Source: Geopsychrobacteraceae bacterium
GTDB lineage: Bacteria > Desulfobacterota > Desulfuromonadia > Desulfuromonadales > Geopsychrobacteraceae
Direction of reading: 5' to 3'
Length of the DNA stretch: 64,000 nucleotides
Assembly: GCA_963662315.1 (NCBI GenBank)
Contig: OY759353.1
Coordinates: forward strand, 1,056,001 to 1,120,000
In this document: positions 1 through 9,146 of the stretch, piece after piece
How the letters are laid out: every line of letters starts with the position of its first letter
How positions within the stretch are numbered: the first letter of the stretch is position 1
Translations under genes and position numbers: made by a program
The notes under the pieces: model-generated
Told to the model about the DNA's origin: nothing
Database searches by the model: none
What the model saw: the letters and a program-made list of their open reading frames with translations, nothing else

Positions 1-1
1 C

Positions 2-217
2 GGGCAGGTTGGTCAGTTTACCGAATACACCATTGTCTTAAAAGGAACCTTGCACCTGAAGTTGCAGGATCAGGATATGGATATCGATGCCGGACAGGCC
101 GTTATTGTCGAAGCCGGAGAATGGGTCCAGTACAGCAGTCCGACACCTGAAGGGGCGGAATATATTGCCGTGAGTTTGCCGGCCTTTGCACCTGACATAG
201 TGACGAGAAATAAATGA
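2..217 (+). CDS. Cupin-domain protein, 3' part (5' end outside window)
   Basis: Open frame from base 2 to TGA at 215-217: GQVGQFTEYTIVLKGTLHL...AGEWVQYSSPTPEGAEYIAVSLPAF, a cupin-type motif; not in the ORF track. Confidence 0.75.
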   Translation, partial: GQVGQFTEYTIVLKGTLHLKLQDQDMDIDAGQAVIVEAGEWVQYSSPTPEGAEYIAVSLPAFAPDIVTRNK

Positions 218-257
218 AACCTAAGGTTAATCAACCTCGGATCTTAACCGTATCGAT

Positions 258-728
258 ATGAACATACGCCGCTATCAGACAGGAGAAGAGCAGACACTCT
301 GGTTGCTGTTCTATAACACGATCCACCAAGTGAACTGCAGGGACTATTCCCCAGCACAAATCGAGGCGTGGGCTCCGTCAACTATAGATCCAGAGCAATG
401 GAGAGAGCGACTGATTAACACCAACCCTTTTATTGCAGAAGAGAACGGTGAAATAGTCGGTTTTGCCGAGCTTGAGGATAACGGCCACATCGACTGCTTC
501 TACTGTGCTTATAACTGGCAGGGGAAAGGCGTAGGCAGCTCAATGTTACAGACAATTGAATTTGAAGCAGCGCAACGGGGAATTACCCTTTTGTTTACTG
601 AAGCAAGCATTACCGCAAAAGAGTTTTTTGCGCGAAAAGGCTTTCGGGTAGACAAAGAGCAGATCGTGAAGCGGCGTGGCGAACAACTGACCAATTATGC
701 GATGTCGAAACGATTAACGGAGATGTAA
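258..728 (+). CDS. GNAT family N-acetyltransferase (YafP-like)
   Basis: 156 aa; acetyl-CoA motif WQGKGVG; C-terminal ASITAKEFFARKGF. Confidence 0.9.
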   Translation: MNIRRYQTGEEQTLWLLFYNTIHQVNCRDYSPAQIEAWAPSTIDPEQWRERLINTNPFIAEENGEIVGFAELEDNGHIDCFYCAYNWQGKGVGSSMLQTIEFEAAQRGITLLFTEASITAKEFFARKGFRVDKEQIVKRRGEQLTNYAMSKRLTEM

Positions 729-1398
729 TGCCCAGGCCGACGGAACCGAAATACGTTGCGCCGCTACGTTTCCACTGCCTCACCCCCTTTTACGACGGTA
801 TCGCAGCACTAACAATACGGGAACGCTGCGTCAAACAGGTCTTATCCAACAGGCACAGTTTGAAGGGCATCAGCAGGTTCTGGATCTTGGCTGCGGTACG
901 GGAACGCTGCTCATCTGGATCAAACAGCAGTATCCCACCATTGACGTGACAGGGGCCGATTGTGACGCAGCCATCTTGTCTTTGGCAATGGACAAAGCCC
1001 AACACGCGCAGGTGTCCATACAGTTTCATCGCGCATTGTCCGACAACCTCCCTTACACGGCGGAACGATTCGACCGCGTCGTATCGAGTCTATTTTTTCA
1101 TCACCTTACCCGGGGGGAAAAAAAAACCACCGCACAGGAGATCTTCAGAGTGCTCAAGCCTGGAGGCCAGTTACACATAGCAGATTGGGGGCATCCGACA
1201 AACACGCTGATGCGTTGTATGTTTTTGCTGGTTCAGTTGTTTGATGGAGTCAAATGTACGCAGGATAATGTCGAGGGAAAGATCCTATCACTTTTAATAG
1301 ATACCGGGTTTACAGAGGTAGCGAAAAAACAAACCTTCAACACGATCTTTGGAACAATGACCCTTTACAGTGCCTTAAAACCAACCCCATCGATTTAA
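728..1398 (+). pseudogene. Class I SAM-dependent methyltransferase with a single frameshift near 836-845
   Basis: The N-terminus (MPRPTEPKYVAPLRFHCLTPFYD) is in the frame of 728; the SAM motif VLDLGCGTG and the rest of the protein are in the frame of ORF 946-1398, which is open upstream across the shift. Confidence 0.8.
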
Positions 1399-1435
1399 CC
1401 ATATCCCGCTAAAAATCACGGCATTATTCTCAGTC

Positions 1436-2113
1436 CTATCGTAAGCCGACACGAAATAATAACTTGCCAAGGTTTCGATTAAGAAAATGGTCACGAGGGA
1501 GGGATGCAAAAACCGGTGGCCTACGTATGTTGAACTTTCGCAGCTCCTCCATCAGTTTTGGATGCGGACCAAATTTTATCCCTTTTTGAAAGGTCTGCAA
1601 AGCCGGTCCCCTTTTATTGATCAGCATATAAATACGACCAAGATTTAAATAATGGTCAGCAACTGTCGGTTCTTCTTTAAGAGCGGCAATACACATTTTT
1701 ACAGAGTTACTGTAATCATGGTTTTCTTTGGCTCGGCAATAAGCAAGATACGATCGCCCCCTTGGAGTGCTGTTAAATTGCTCTGCCTCTTCCAGGAAAA
1801 ACATGGCTTCAAAGATTTTATTTTCATTAACCAGATCGAGCCCCTGATCTAACAGTTCAAAATATCTATCGGAGGATGGGGGGTCTTCAGCCTGTTTCTT
1901 CAAGTTTCCCAGTTGATTGTTTTCAAACCATTTATCAACTGTTTTGTCGATAAAATTCGATTCTTCTGAATTAATTTGAATAAACGCTTCTGACACCAAG
2001 AGAACTGCTTCGCATTTAGGACATTTACACCGGGTAGCGGTTTCCGGGATGTCCCTTTTAGATACGGTTTTGTCAAAAGTACATTTGGTGCAGTGAAATT
2101 TATACTTAGTCAT
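1436..2113 (-). CDS. Zinc-ribbon (MJ0042-like finger) plus TPR protein
   Basis: N-terminal CTKC...CPKC; C-terminal TPR-like helices (ADHYLNLGRIY). Confidence 0.75.
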   Translation of the reverse strand: MTKYKFHCTKCTFDKTVSKRDIPETATRCKCPKCEAVLLVSEAFIQINSEESNFIDKTVDKWFENNQLGNLKKQAEDPPSSDRYFELLDQGLDLVNENKIFEAMFFLEEAEQFNSTPRGRSYLAYCRAKENHDYSNSVKMCIAALKEEPTVADHYLNLGRIYMLINKRGPALQTFQKGIKFGPHPKLMEELRKFNIRRPPVFASLPRDHFLNRNLGKLLFRVGLR

Positions 2114-2642
2114 TTGCCACTCTTAAGTGTAATCAATAATTCAAATAGGCCAGAACTTTTCTATAGGAAATTGCTTAAAGAATCAAGGTTTTGATTCGTA
2201 TAGTCGCTGTCACATCCGCAGCTTTCATCTCTCAGAAACTCTAAATCCTCAAATATGACTATGCCAAAGGTCCTTCGGAAGAAGCGCTAGAGCTCCCGGT
2301 ACCACATTCGTAAATTAAAATCGCCACCAAGTACATTGAATTCACACATGCATTCAGGTTCGTTATCTTTTAATAACACCTTTTATATAAATCAACGTTT
2401 TTCTAGGATAAGAGCACATGCAAAGATATTGCAGCAACCGGCATTAAAGGAATTGTCAAAGTATTGAGCAAAAGCAAAGCGGTAGCAACTCTTAAAAACA
2501 TTCCTCCTTCGACATGAGTTTCCGCCATCCGGCAAGAAACCCCTGCAAAGCTGCGTCATACAAACAGTCTGCTCAAAAAGGTAAAACCACAATAAAAGTG
2601 CTATTATTTAATAGCCTATGGATCACCTGAGGAGGAGCTGTG

Positions 2643-3893
2643 ATGAAAGAGATGACGTTAAAAGAGTTGGCGCTACCTCTGATTAAAGCAATCGATAGCT
2701 TCAATTACCTGCTCAGGTCGCATCATCGCAGGACGGCATATATCTGTTACTGTCTCGGCAAACAACTAAATCTGTCTCACGAGCAAATGATTGATCTGGT
2801 TATTGCCGCCAGTTTACACGATATTGGTGCGTTGTCAGTGCAGGAGCGTGACACTCTGGTTCAGGAAGATGTCGACAACCCTGAACCGCACTGTCGCATG
2901 GGCAATCGCATGATGGCCACCTTCAAGGTTTTCAATAACATCGCTCGGATTATCAAGCACCATCATATCCGTTATGATGAAGCTGACAAATACGACGAAG
3001 AAATCCTATTTCAGAGCTATATCGTTTACCTGGCCGACCGGGTCGATATTTATATTGCTCCCGACTCATTTATCCTTAACTAGAAGAAAAGCGTTATTGA
3101 CAAAATTCTGGAACGCAAGGGGACCATCTTTCACCCGGACGTTTGTGATGCCCTGGTCGCGGTAGCAAAACCGGATATTTTCTGGATAGAGATCAACAAT
3201 ATCACCATGGAACAACTGTTCGACAAAATCCACTTTGACCCTTTCCGGCCCCTGCCCCCCGAGCAGATCCGGCAGTTTGCCCAGATGGTGTCACGCATTG
3301 TCGACTTTCGCAGCAAATTTACCGCCGCGCACTCGCAGACCGTATCCCGGCTGGCTCTGTTTATCGGTGGTGCGCTCGGCCTGAATGAAGATGAGTGTTT
3401 CAAACTGTCGATTGCCGGACTCTTTCACGATATCGGTAAAATCGGAATCGATACAGCGTATATCGAGAAGAAAGGCCCGTTAACCGAAGAAGAATACAAT
3501 CAGGTTAAATTGCACAGCTACTACACTGGCCAGATTTTAAACGAACTTGCGTCAGCCGATTGGTTCAGCGATATCGTGATCTGGTCCAGAGAGCATCATG
3601 AACGTTTGGACGGGCAAGGATACCCCCTGTCTTTGTCTGGGGATGATATTCCTCTGGGAGCAAGAATAATCGCCTATGCCGATGTCCTGTCAGCGCTGAT
3701 GGAAGATCGGCCTTACCGCAAAGGTTTGAATGTTGATATGACCTTGGAAATCATTGCCACCAAATTCGCTCAGATCATCGACCCGGAGATCTTTTCCGTT
3801 TTACAGCAATACAAGGTTGAGATCGATCACATCATTAACAACTGCCATCAGGAAACCAGGAAAGTCTTTTACAATTCTGTGGAGAATTTCTAG
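2643..3893 (+). pseudogene. Tandem HD/HD-GYP phosphohydrolase interrupted by one in-frame TAG (3081-3083)
   Basis: ORFs 2640-3083 and 3207-3893 share a frame and the 41 codons between them are open; HD motifs LHDIG and FHDIGK, HHERLDGQGYP; RBS GAGGAG before ATG 2643. Confidence 0.85.
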
Positions 3894-3989
3894 AATGCAA
3901 CAACACTTAACCTGAGCAGGCCAACTATGTCAGTTGATCACCAAATACCGTTACGGCTTTAGCTTGCCCTGCCCTCAAAGGAAACCCTC

Positions 3990-4532
3990 ATGCAAAAAGC
4001 TCTTATCCTCATCGATCTGCAAAATGATTATTTCCCTGGCGGGGCTATGGAACTGATCAATACGGAAAAGGCAGGCCTTAATGCACAGCGGCTTTTAAAG
4101 CACTATCGAACGACTGACGCCCTGATTGTTCACATACAGCATATTTCCACCAGATCTGGTGCAGGTTTTTTTCTGCCCGGTACACCAGGGGTAGATATTC
4201 ATAAACTGGTCGCTCCCCTGCCAGGCGAAACAGTCATTCAAAAGAATTATCCCAACAGTTTTCGCGAAACGCCTCTCTTCTCCTGCCTGCAGGAAAACAA
4301 CGTAACCGATCTCATCATATGCGGAGCTATGAGCCATATGTGTATCGATGCTACGACCAGGGCAGCGTTTGATCTTGGTTTCAGGTGTATAATCGCTGAA
4401 GATGCTTGTACAACAAGGGATTTACAATTCAAAGACAGGACCATTAAGGCGAAGGACGTCCAGGCCGCATTTATGGCCGCATTGGCTGTGCCCTATGCGG
4501 CCATCAGCTCGACGGGAGATATTTTATCCTGA
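3990..4532 (+). CDS. Isochorismatase-family cysteine hydrolase
   Basis: IDLQNDYF, K-x-x-P-N-S-F and MSHMC catalytic motifs. Confidence 0.9.
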   Translation: MQKALILIDLQNDYFPGGAMELINTEKAGLNAQRLLKHYRTTDALIVHIQHISTRSGAGFFLPGTPGVDIHKLVAPLPGETVIQKNYPNSFRETPLFSCLQENNVTDLIICGAMSHMCIDATTRAAFDLGFRCIIAEDACTTRDLQFKDRTIKAKDVQAAFMAALAVPYAAISSTGDILS

Positions 4533-4567
4533 AGGTTCTGGTTGCGGCAACAAAATCATCCATAGCC

Positions 4568-5470
4568 TTACGTAGCTGCAGGCCATGCCAACCGCTGCTG
4601 GCTGGTAAAATGCCTGATGCCGCCTGTTAGTGGATCAACAAATTGTAATTCGTATGCTAGCAACTGTAGTGGTTTCATATAATTATCCAGCTGTTCGTCG
4701 ATCACAACAGGATAGAAAAAATCATGCAAAATGGGGGCACCAAGAGCGCACATATGTAGGCGTAACTGGTGCTTTTTCCCAGATACAGGCGTTAACGAAT
4801 AGCGCCACAACGCTTCCTTTTTCTCTAAAACATCTATGATAGTATGGGCATTGACCGGGCCGGCGATTTCCATGGAGAGAAAGAATGGCTCTCCCCGGAC
4901 AATCCGGGATTGATAGTGATAGGGGAGTTTAAGTTGCGGAAGCGGTGGAGCCAGGGCCTGATAGCGCTTTTTTACCTTATTATCGCGAAACAGCGCCTGA
5001 TAAAGCCCACGGGATTGTTTTTGACTGGAAAACATGACCAATCCAGAGGTATGGCGATCAATCCGGTGCAAAGGCTGCAATTCTGTATTACCATAAAGGT
5101 TCACCAGCCGCCCCAGAAGCGTCTGGGTGACATACTTTCCGGACGGAATGACGGGCAAGAAAGGTGGTTTGTCTACTACCAGTAAGTGTTCATCTGCATA
5201 GATAAGTGTTACTTGACCAGGAATTGGCTCTTCCTGCGGATTTTCTCGATAATAATAGATCTTCATTCCTGCACGATATAGAGAATCTCGACCTAGTGGC
5301 TGGTTCTGGTCATCCAATATCAATCCCCGCGCAAAACGGGATTCCCATTCAGACTGGGATACATGAGGAAAAAGGTTACAGAGGCTCGCCAGTATCGTAG
5401 TCCATTCCCCGGAAGGAAGAACAACGGTACTCGGCTTCTGAATAGATACAGGGTGCATACTTGAAGTCAC
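4568..5470 (-). CDS. RluA-family RNA pseudouridine synthase
   Basis: VVDKP, HRIDRHTSG and GKKHQLRLH motifs. Confidence 0.9.
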   Translation of the reverse strand: MTSSMHPVSIQKPSTVVLPSGEWTTILASLCNLFPHVSQSEWESRFARGLILDDQNQPLGRDSLYRAGMKIYYYRENPQEEPIPGQVTLIYADEHLLVVDKPPFLPVIPSGKYVTQTLLGRLVNLYGNTELQPLHRIDRHTSGLVMFSSQKQSRGLYQALFRDNKVKKRYQALAPPLPQLKLPYHYQSRIVRGEPFFLSMEIAGPVNAHTIIDVLEKKEALWRYSLTPVSGKKHQLRLHMCALGAPILHDFFYPVVIDEQLDNYMKPLQLLAYELQFVDPLTGGIRHFTSQQRLAWPAAT

Positions 5471-5691
5471 TTATTTTATGTCCGCAGCGATATCAATCGT
5501 TTTGTTTTGTTGCTTACTATAAACCTGCCCTCTTATTCAATCATTTCCTGACATCAGTCACCTTGAATATTTTTTCATGCAATAAAAAGTCTTTAAACCG
5601 GCGAAGGTATAAAAGTTGACGGTTTTAGGTTACGATAAAGACTTCTGTAACAGATAAGATAGAGTCCATAAAACATGACAAGGAGTCCCTC

Positions 5692-6255
5692 ATGTCCGCA
5701 GTCCTGATCCCTTTAGCTGACAATGTAGAAGACATTGAAACTGTCACCATTATCGACATCCTCCGGCGTGCCCGTCTAGAGGTCACCAGTGCCAGTATTT
5801 ATGACCATAAACAGATTACCGCTGCGCGCGGGACCAAAATAGAAGCCGACCAGCTGCTGGTTGACTGCCTGGTTAATAACTGGGATCTGATTGTGCTGCC
5901 GGGCGGCATGCCCGGCGCCGAAAACCTGAGTCACCACCCTCCCCTGATAGATATGCTCCGGAAACAGTCACAGGCAGGCAAACTCTACGCCGCCATCTGC
6001 GCCTCCCCTGCCGTTGTCTTTGCCCCGCATGGCCTGCTCGATGGAAAACAGGCCACCAGCTACCCGACCATGCAAGACAAACTACCCGACACCACCCGTG
6101 CGTCTGAGTCTACGGTTATCGATGGACATTGTATCACCAGCCAGGGCCCTGCGACCGCCATGGAGTTTTCACTGACACTGGTTGAATTATTACAGGGATC
6201 AGAATGCAAGAACCAACTGGCGCAAGCCTTACTATACGTAAAGGCCTGTGAATAA
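5692..6255 (+). CDS. DJ-1/YajL/PfpI family protein
   Basis: LPGGMPGA, AICASP, TSQGPAT motifs. Confidence 0.9.
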   Translation: MSAVLIPLADNVEDIETVTIIDILRRARLEVTSASIYDHKQITAARGTKIEADQLLVDCLVNNWDLIVLPGGMPGAENLSHHPPLIDMLRKQSQAGKLYAAICASPAVVFAPHGLLDGKQATSYPTMQDKLPDTTRASESTVIDGHCITSQGPATAMEFSLTLVELLQGSECKNQLAQALLYVKACE

Positions 6256-6281
6256 CAACCGATGTAACGAAAATCACCTGT

Positions 6282-8600
6282 TCATATCCTCAATAGAGGT
6301 CCCTGCTGAACGAACTTTACAAATTCATCTTCGGGCAGAGGTTTACTGAAGAAGAAGCCCTGAACACTGTCACAATTCTTTGCTCTCAGGAAATCAAGCT
6401 GGTCCTGCGTTTCAACCCCTTCGGCTATTGCGGTCAGGTTTAAGTTGTGAGCAATATCGATAATACTGGTAATAACTGAGGCTCCTGATGGATCATTACT
6501 GACATCACGGACAAAAGATTGATCGATTTTCAAGGTGTCTACGGGAAATCTGCGTAGGTAATTGAGGCTTGAGTATCCGGTGCCAAAATCATCGAGGCTC
6601 AAAGAGACTCCCAGGTCCTTCAGTTGGCTGAGAATCTTCGCGGTGTCATGAGGATTATCCATAATCATACTTTCGGTCAGCTCCAGCTCTAGTAACTCAG
6701 GAGTCAGTCCGGTTTCAGCCAAAGTGTTTCGAACCAACGCAACCAAGTCTCCCTGACGAAACTGGCGAGCAGACAAGTTAACCGCGACAGAAATAGGGGG
6801 AAGACCGGCTTTTTGCCAGATAAGACTTTTCTGGCAAGCTTCCTTCAAAGCCCACTCCCCGATAGAGAGTATCAGTCCGGTATCTTCTGCTATAGGGATA
6901 AATTGTCCCGGAGGGATCATCCCTCGCTCAGGATGTTCCCAACGCAGCAATGCTTCACAGCCATGAATCAGCCCGGTTTTTAAATCCACTTTAGGCTGAT
7001 AATAAAGTCTGAATTGATCTCGTTTCAGAGCCTGCCGCAGCGCACCTTCCAATTCCCAGGCCTCGCGGATCTGCATACCCATTCCACTTGAGTAGAAGGT
7101 TGAACAATTCCCACGCTCCTTCGATTGGTACATGGCGATGTCCGCTTTACGCAGAAGCGTTGAAATATCCTCCCCATGCTTAGGATAATGACTGATACCG
7201 CCACTGGCCGTCAGGGTAATATCGCGATTGTCAATGAAATAAGGAGCGGACAGAGCCTGAAGAATTTTATCCGCAGTTGGCATGATATCGTCTTCACTGA
7301 CAACCTCAGTTAACAATACAACAAACTCATCCCCGCCAAACCGAGCAACCGTATCACTGGCGCGAACAACTCCTGTCAGACGCTGGGCAACCTGGCAGAT
7401 CAGCTCATCGCCAAGCCCATGGCCAAGACTGTCATTGACAAGTTTGAAGCGGTCCAGATCCAGCAGCAGAACGGCGACAATCCTTTTGGACCGCTGGGCA
7501 AAATTTACAGCCTGTTCAAGGCGGTCTTTAAGCAGCGCACGATTAGCCAGTCCGGTTAAAGCATCATGAGTCGCCTGATGCTCCAGCTGCCGTTCATAAG
7601 TTTTTTGCCTGGTCACATCTTCATTGACGGCAATGTAATGAGTAATTTCCCCCTGGGTATTGCGCAGCGGAGCGATCAGCGCCCTTTCCCAGTACAGACG
7701 GCCATCTTTATGTCTATTAAGCAGTTCGCCCTGCCACTCTTTTCCAGATAAGATTGTTTGCCAGAGGTTATTATATACTCCAATGGACGTTTGTCCGGAT
7801 TGCAAGAACCTGGGATTCTTTCCGATGGCCTCTTTCCAGGTATAACCGCTGACCTCACTAAACTTTGGATTAACATATTCAATGTCACCATTCAGGTCAG
7901 TAATAACGACGACCACAGGACTTTGTTCGACAGCCAGACTTAATTTGCGCAGTTCACTTTCAGTCCGTTTTTTTTCGGTGACATCCTCAGATGCGACCAT
8001 AATACCAACAATATCATCTTGATCACCATACAGCGGAGCTGCTGAAAGTCTGGCCGTAAAAAAAGTTCCATTATTATTAAGCCGAACTGTTTCCAGCCCA
8101 AAAACTCTGTGACCTTTTTTTACCCGCTTAAGTAAATCGCTGAATTCGACCCACTTGTCTGCTGGGATACTGGGCAACAGCTGACCAATAACATCATCGG
8201 CTTTCCAACCAAAAATCTTTTCAGCAGAAGGGTTCCAGGACATGACCTGCCCATTAAGATCTAAGCCGTAGAGAGCAACCGGAGAACATTCAATGAGAGA
8301 TTGGTAGATCTGTCTGCTTGCCGCAAGATCTCTTTGAATGGCGGAGTGCCTGATCAGATCACGACGAACCAAAACAAACAATAAAGCGGCTGTAAATATA
8401 ACAAACAGCCACCCCTTGATCATTCCTAACAAAGAAAAAACGGCGCTGTTTGAAAAAAGGGCAAAGATCAGTTTGTCGGAAAGAAAAATCCACAGAGCAC
8501 TTACTAATGCGTACACCCCGGATATCTTCAACGCCACCATGGTCCATGACTTTAGTCGTCTTATTTTAAGGCTCATGCATTTCTCTATATTGGCTAGCAT
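6282..8600 (-). CDS. Membrane-anchored PAS-PAS-GGDEF-EAL diguanylate cyclase/phosphodiesterase
   Basis: Two N-terminal TM segments, two PAS domains, GGDEF, EALLRW and DDFGTGYSS motifs; start may be 8576. Confidence 0.92.
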   Translation of the reverse strand: MLANIEKCMSLKIRRLKSWTMVALKISGVYALVSALWIFLSDKLIFALFSNSAVFSLLGMIKGWLFVIFTAALLFVLVRRDLIRHSAIQRDLAASRQIYQSLIECSPVALYGLDLNGQVMSWNPSAEKIFGWKADDVIGQLLPSIPADKWVEFSDLLKRVKKGHRVFGLETVRLNNNGTFFTARLSAAPLYGDQDDIVGIMVASEDVTEKKRTESELRKLSLAVEQSPVVVVITDLNGDIEYVNPKFSEVSGYTWKEAIGKNPRFLQSGQTSIGVYNNLWQTILSGKEWQGELLNRHKDGRLYWERALIAPLRNTQGEITHYIAVNEDVTRQKTYERQLEHQATHDALTGLANRALLKDRLEQAVNFAQRSKRIVAVLLLDLDRFKLVNDSLGHGLGDELICQVAQRLTGVVRASDTVARFGGDEFVVLLTEVVSEDDIMPTADKILQALSAPYFIDNRDITLTASGGISHYPKHGEDISTLLRKADIAMYQSKERGNCSTFYSSGMGMQIREAWELEGALRQALKRDQFRLYYQPKVDLKTGLIHGCEALLRWEHPERGMIPPGQFIPIAEDTGLILSIGEWALKEACQKSLIWQKAGLPPISVAVNLSARQFRQGDLVALVRNTLAETGLTPELLELELTESMIMDNPHDTAKILSQLKDLGVSLSLDDFGTGYSSLNYLRRFPVDTLKIDQSFVRDVSNDPSGASVITSIIDIAHNLNLTAIAEGVETQDQLDFLRAKNCDSVQGFFFSKPLPEDEFVKFVQQGPLLRI

Positions 8601-9146
8601 CTGTATCTATAAAGTCTTTAGACCAATGATGTAACGAAATACAGAGGGGCTTTCTCTTTATACTGGAACTCCCCCTCCCCGATGAAAAAAACAAAACACC
8701 CTATCAGGGATTCGGTATTGTTTCCAACATGATTTAAAAATGCAATGGTTAAATAAAATTAGCCCCTACCAACAAAACCACAGGAGAGAAACGGCTTAGG
8801 TCTGTCCCCCTGATGAAGGGTAAAGAATCACAAATTGTCGCTTACCTGCGTGTCCAGATCATGTCCGAAGATCACCGGTGAAGGATTCCGTTTACATTAC
8901 CACATTCCCGCCTAAACCATTGTCATATGACTCAATGTTAATACACCAATGAAATATTTCAATTTGACGGGGAATAAGTCATTAGGCTCGAAAAATACCT
9001 TTTCATTGCTTGGGTATTGCAAACACAGCTGGTTGGGTCAGAGTTGATTTAAAATGACAGTATACTTTTCTAACAAAGCTTTCATTGGCGAATACCAATA
9101 ATTTATGGTATACTACGCTATCCAAGTCTTCATCTAAGTCCCATGA

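Noticed and set aside
1..1398. Integron cassette array (run of small GNAT/cupin/methyltransferase genes)
   Set aside because: Spacers are 0-40 bp with no attC-sized RYYYAAC...GTTRRRY structure, and there is no integrase
8640..9140. c-di-GMP (GEMM) riboswitch upstream of the GGDEF-EAL gene
   Set aside because: Only an imperfect long-range inverted repeat (~8698-8712 with ~8806-8821); GEMM core motifs not found on either strand
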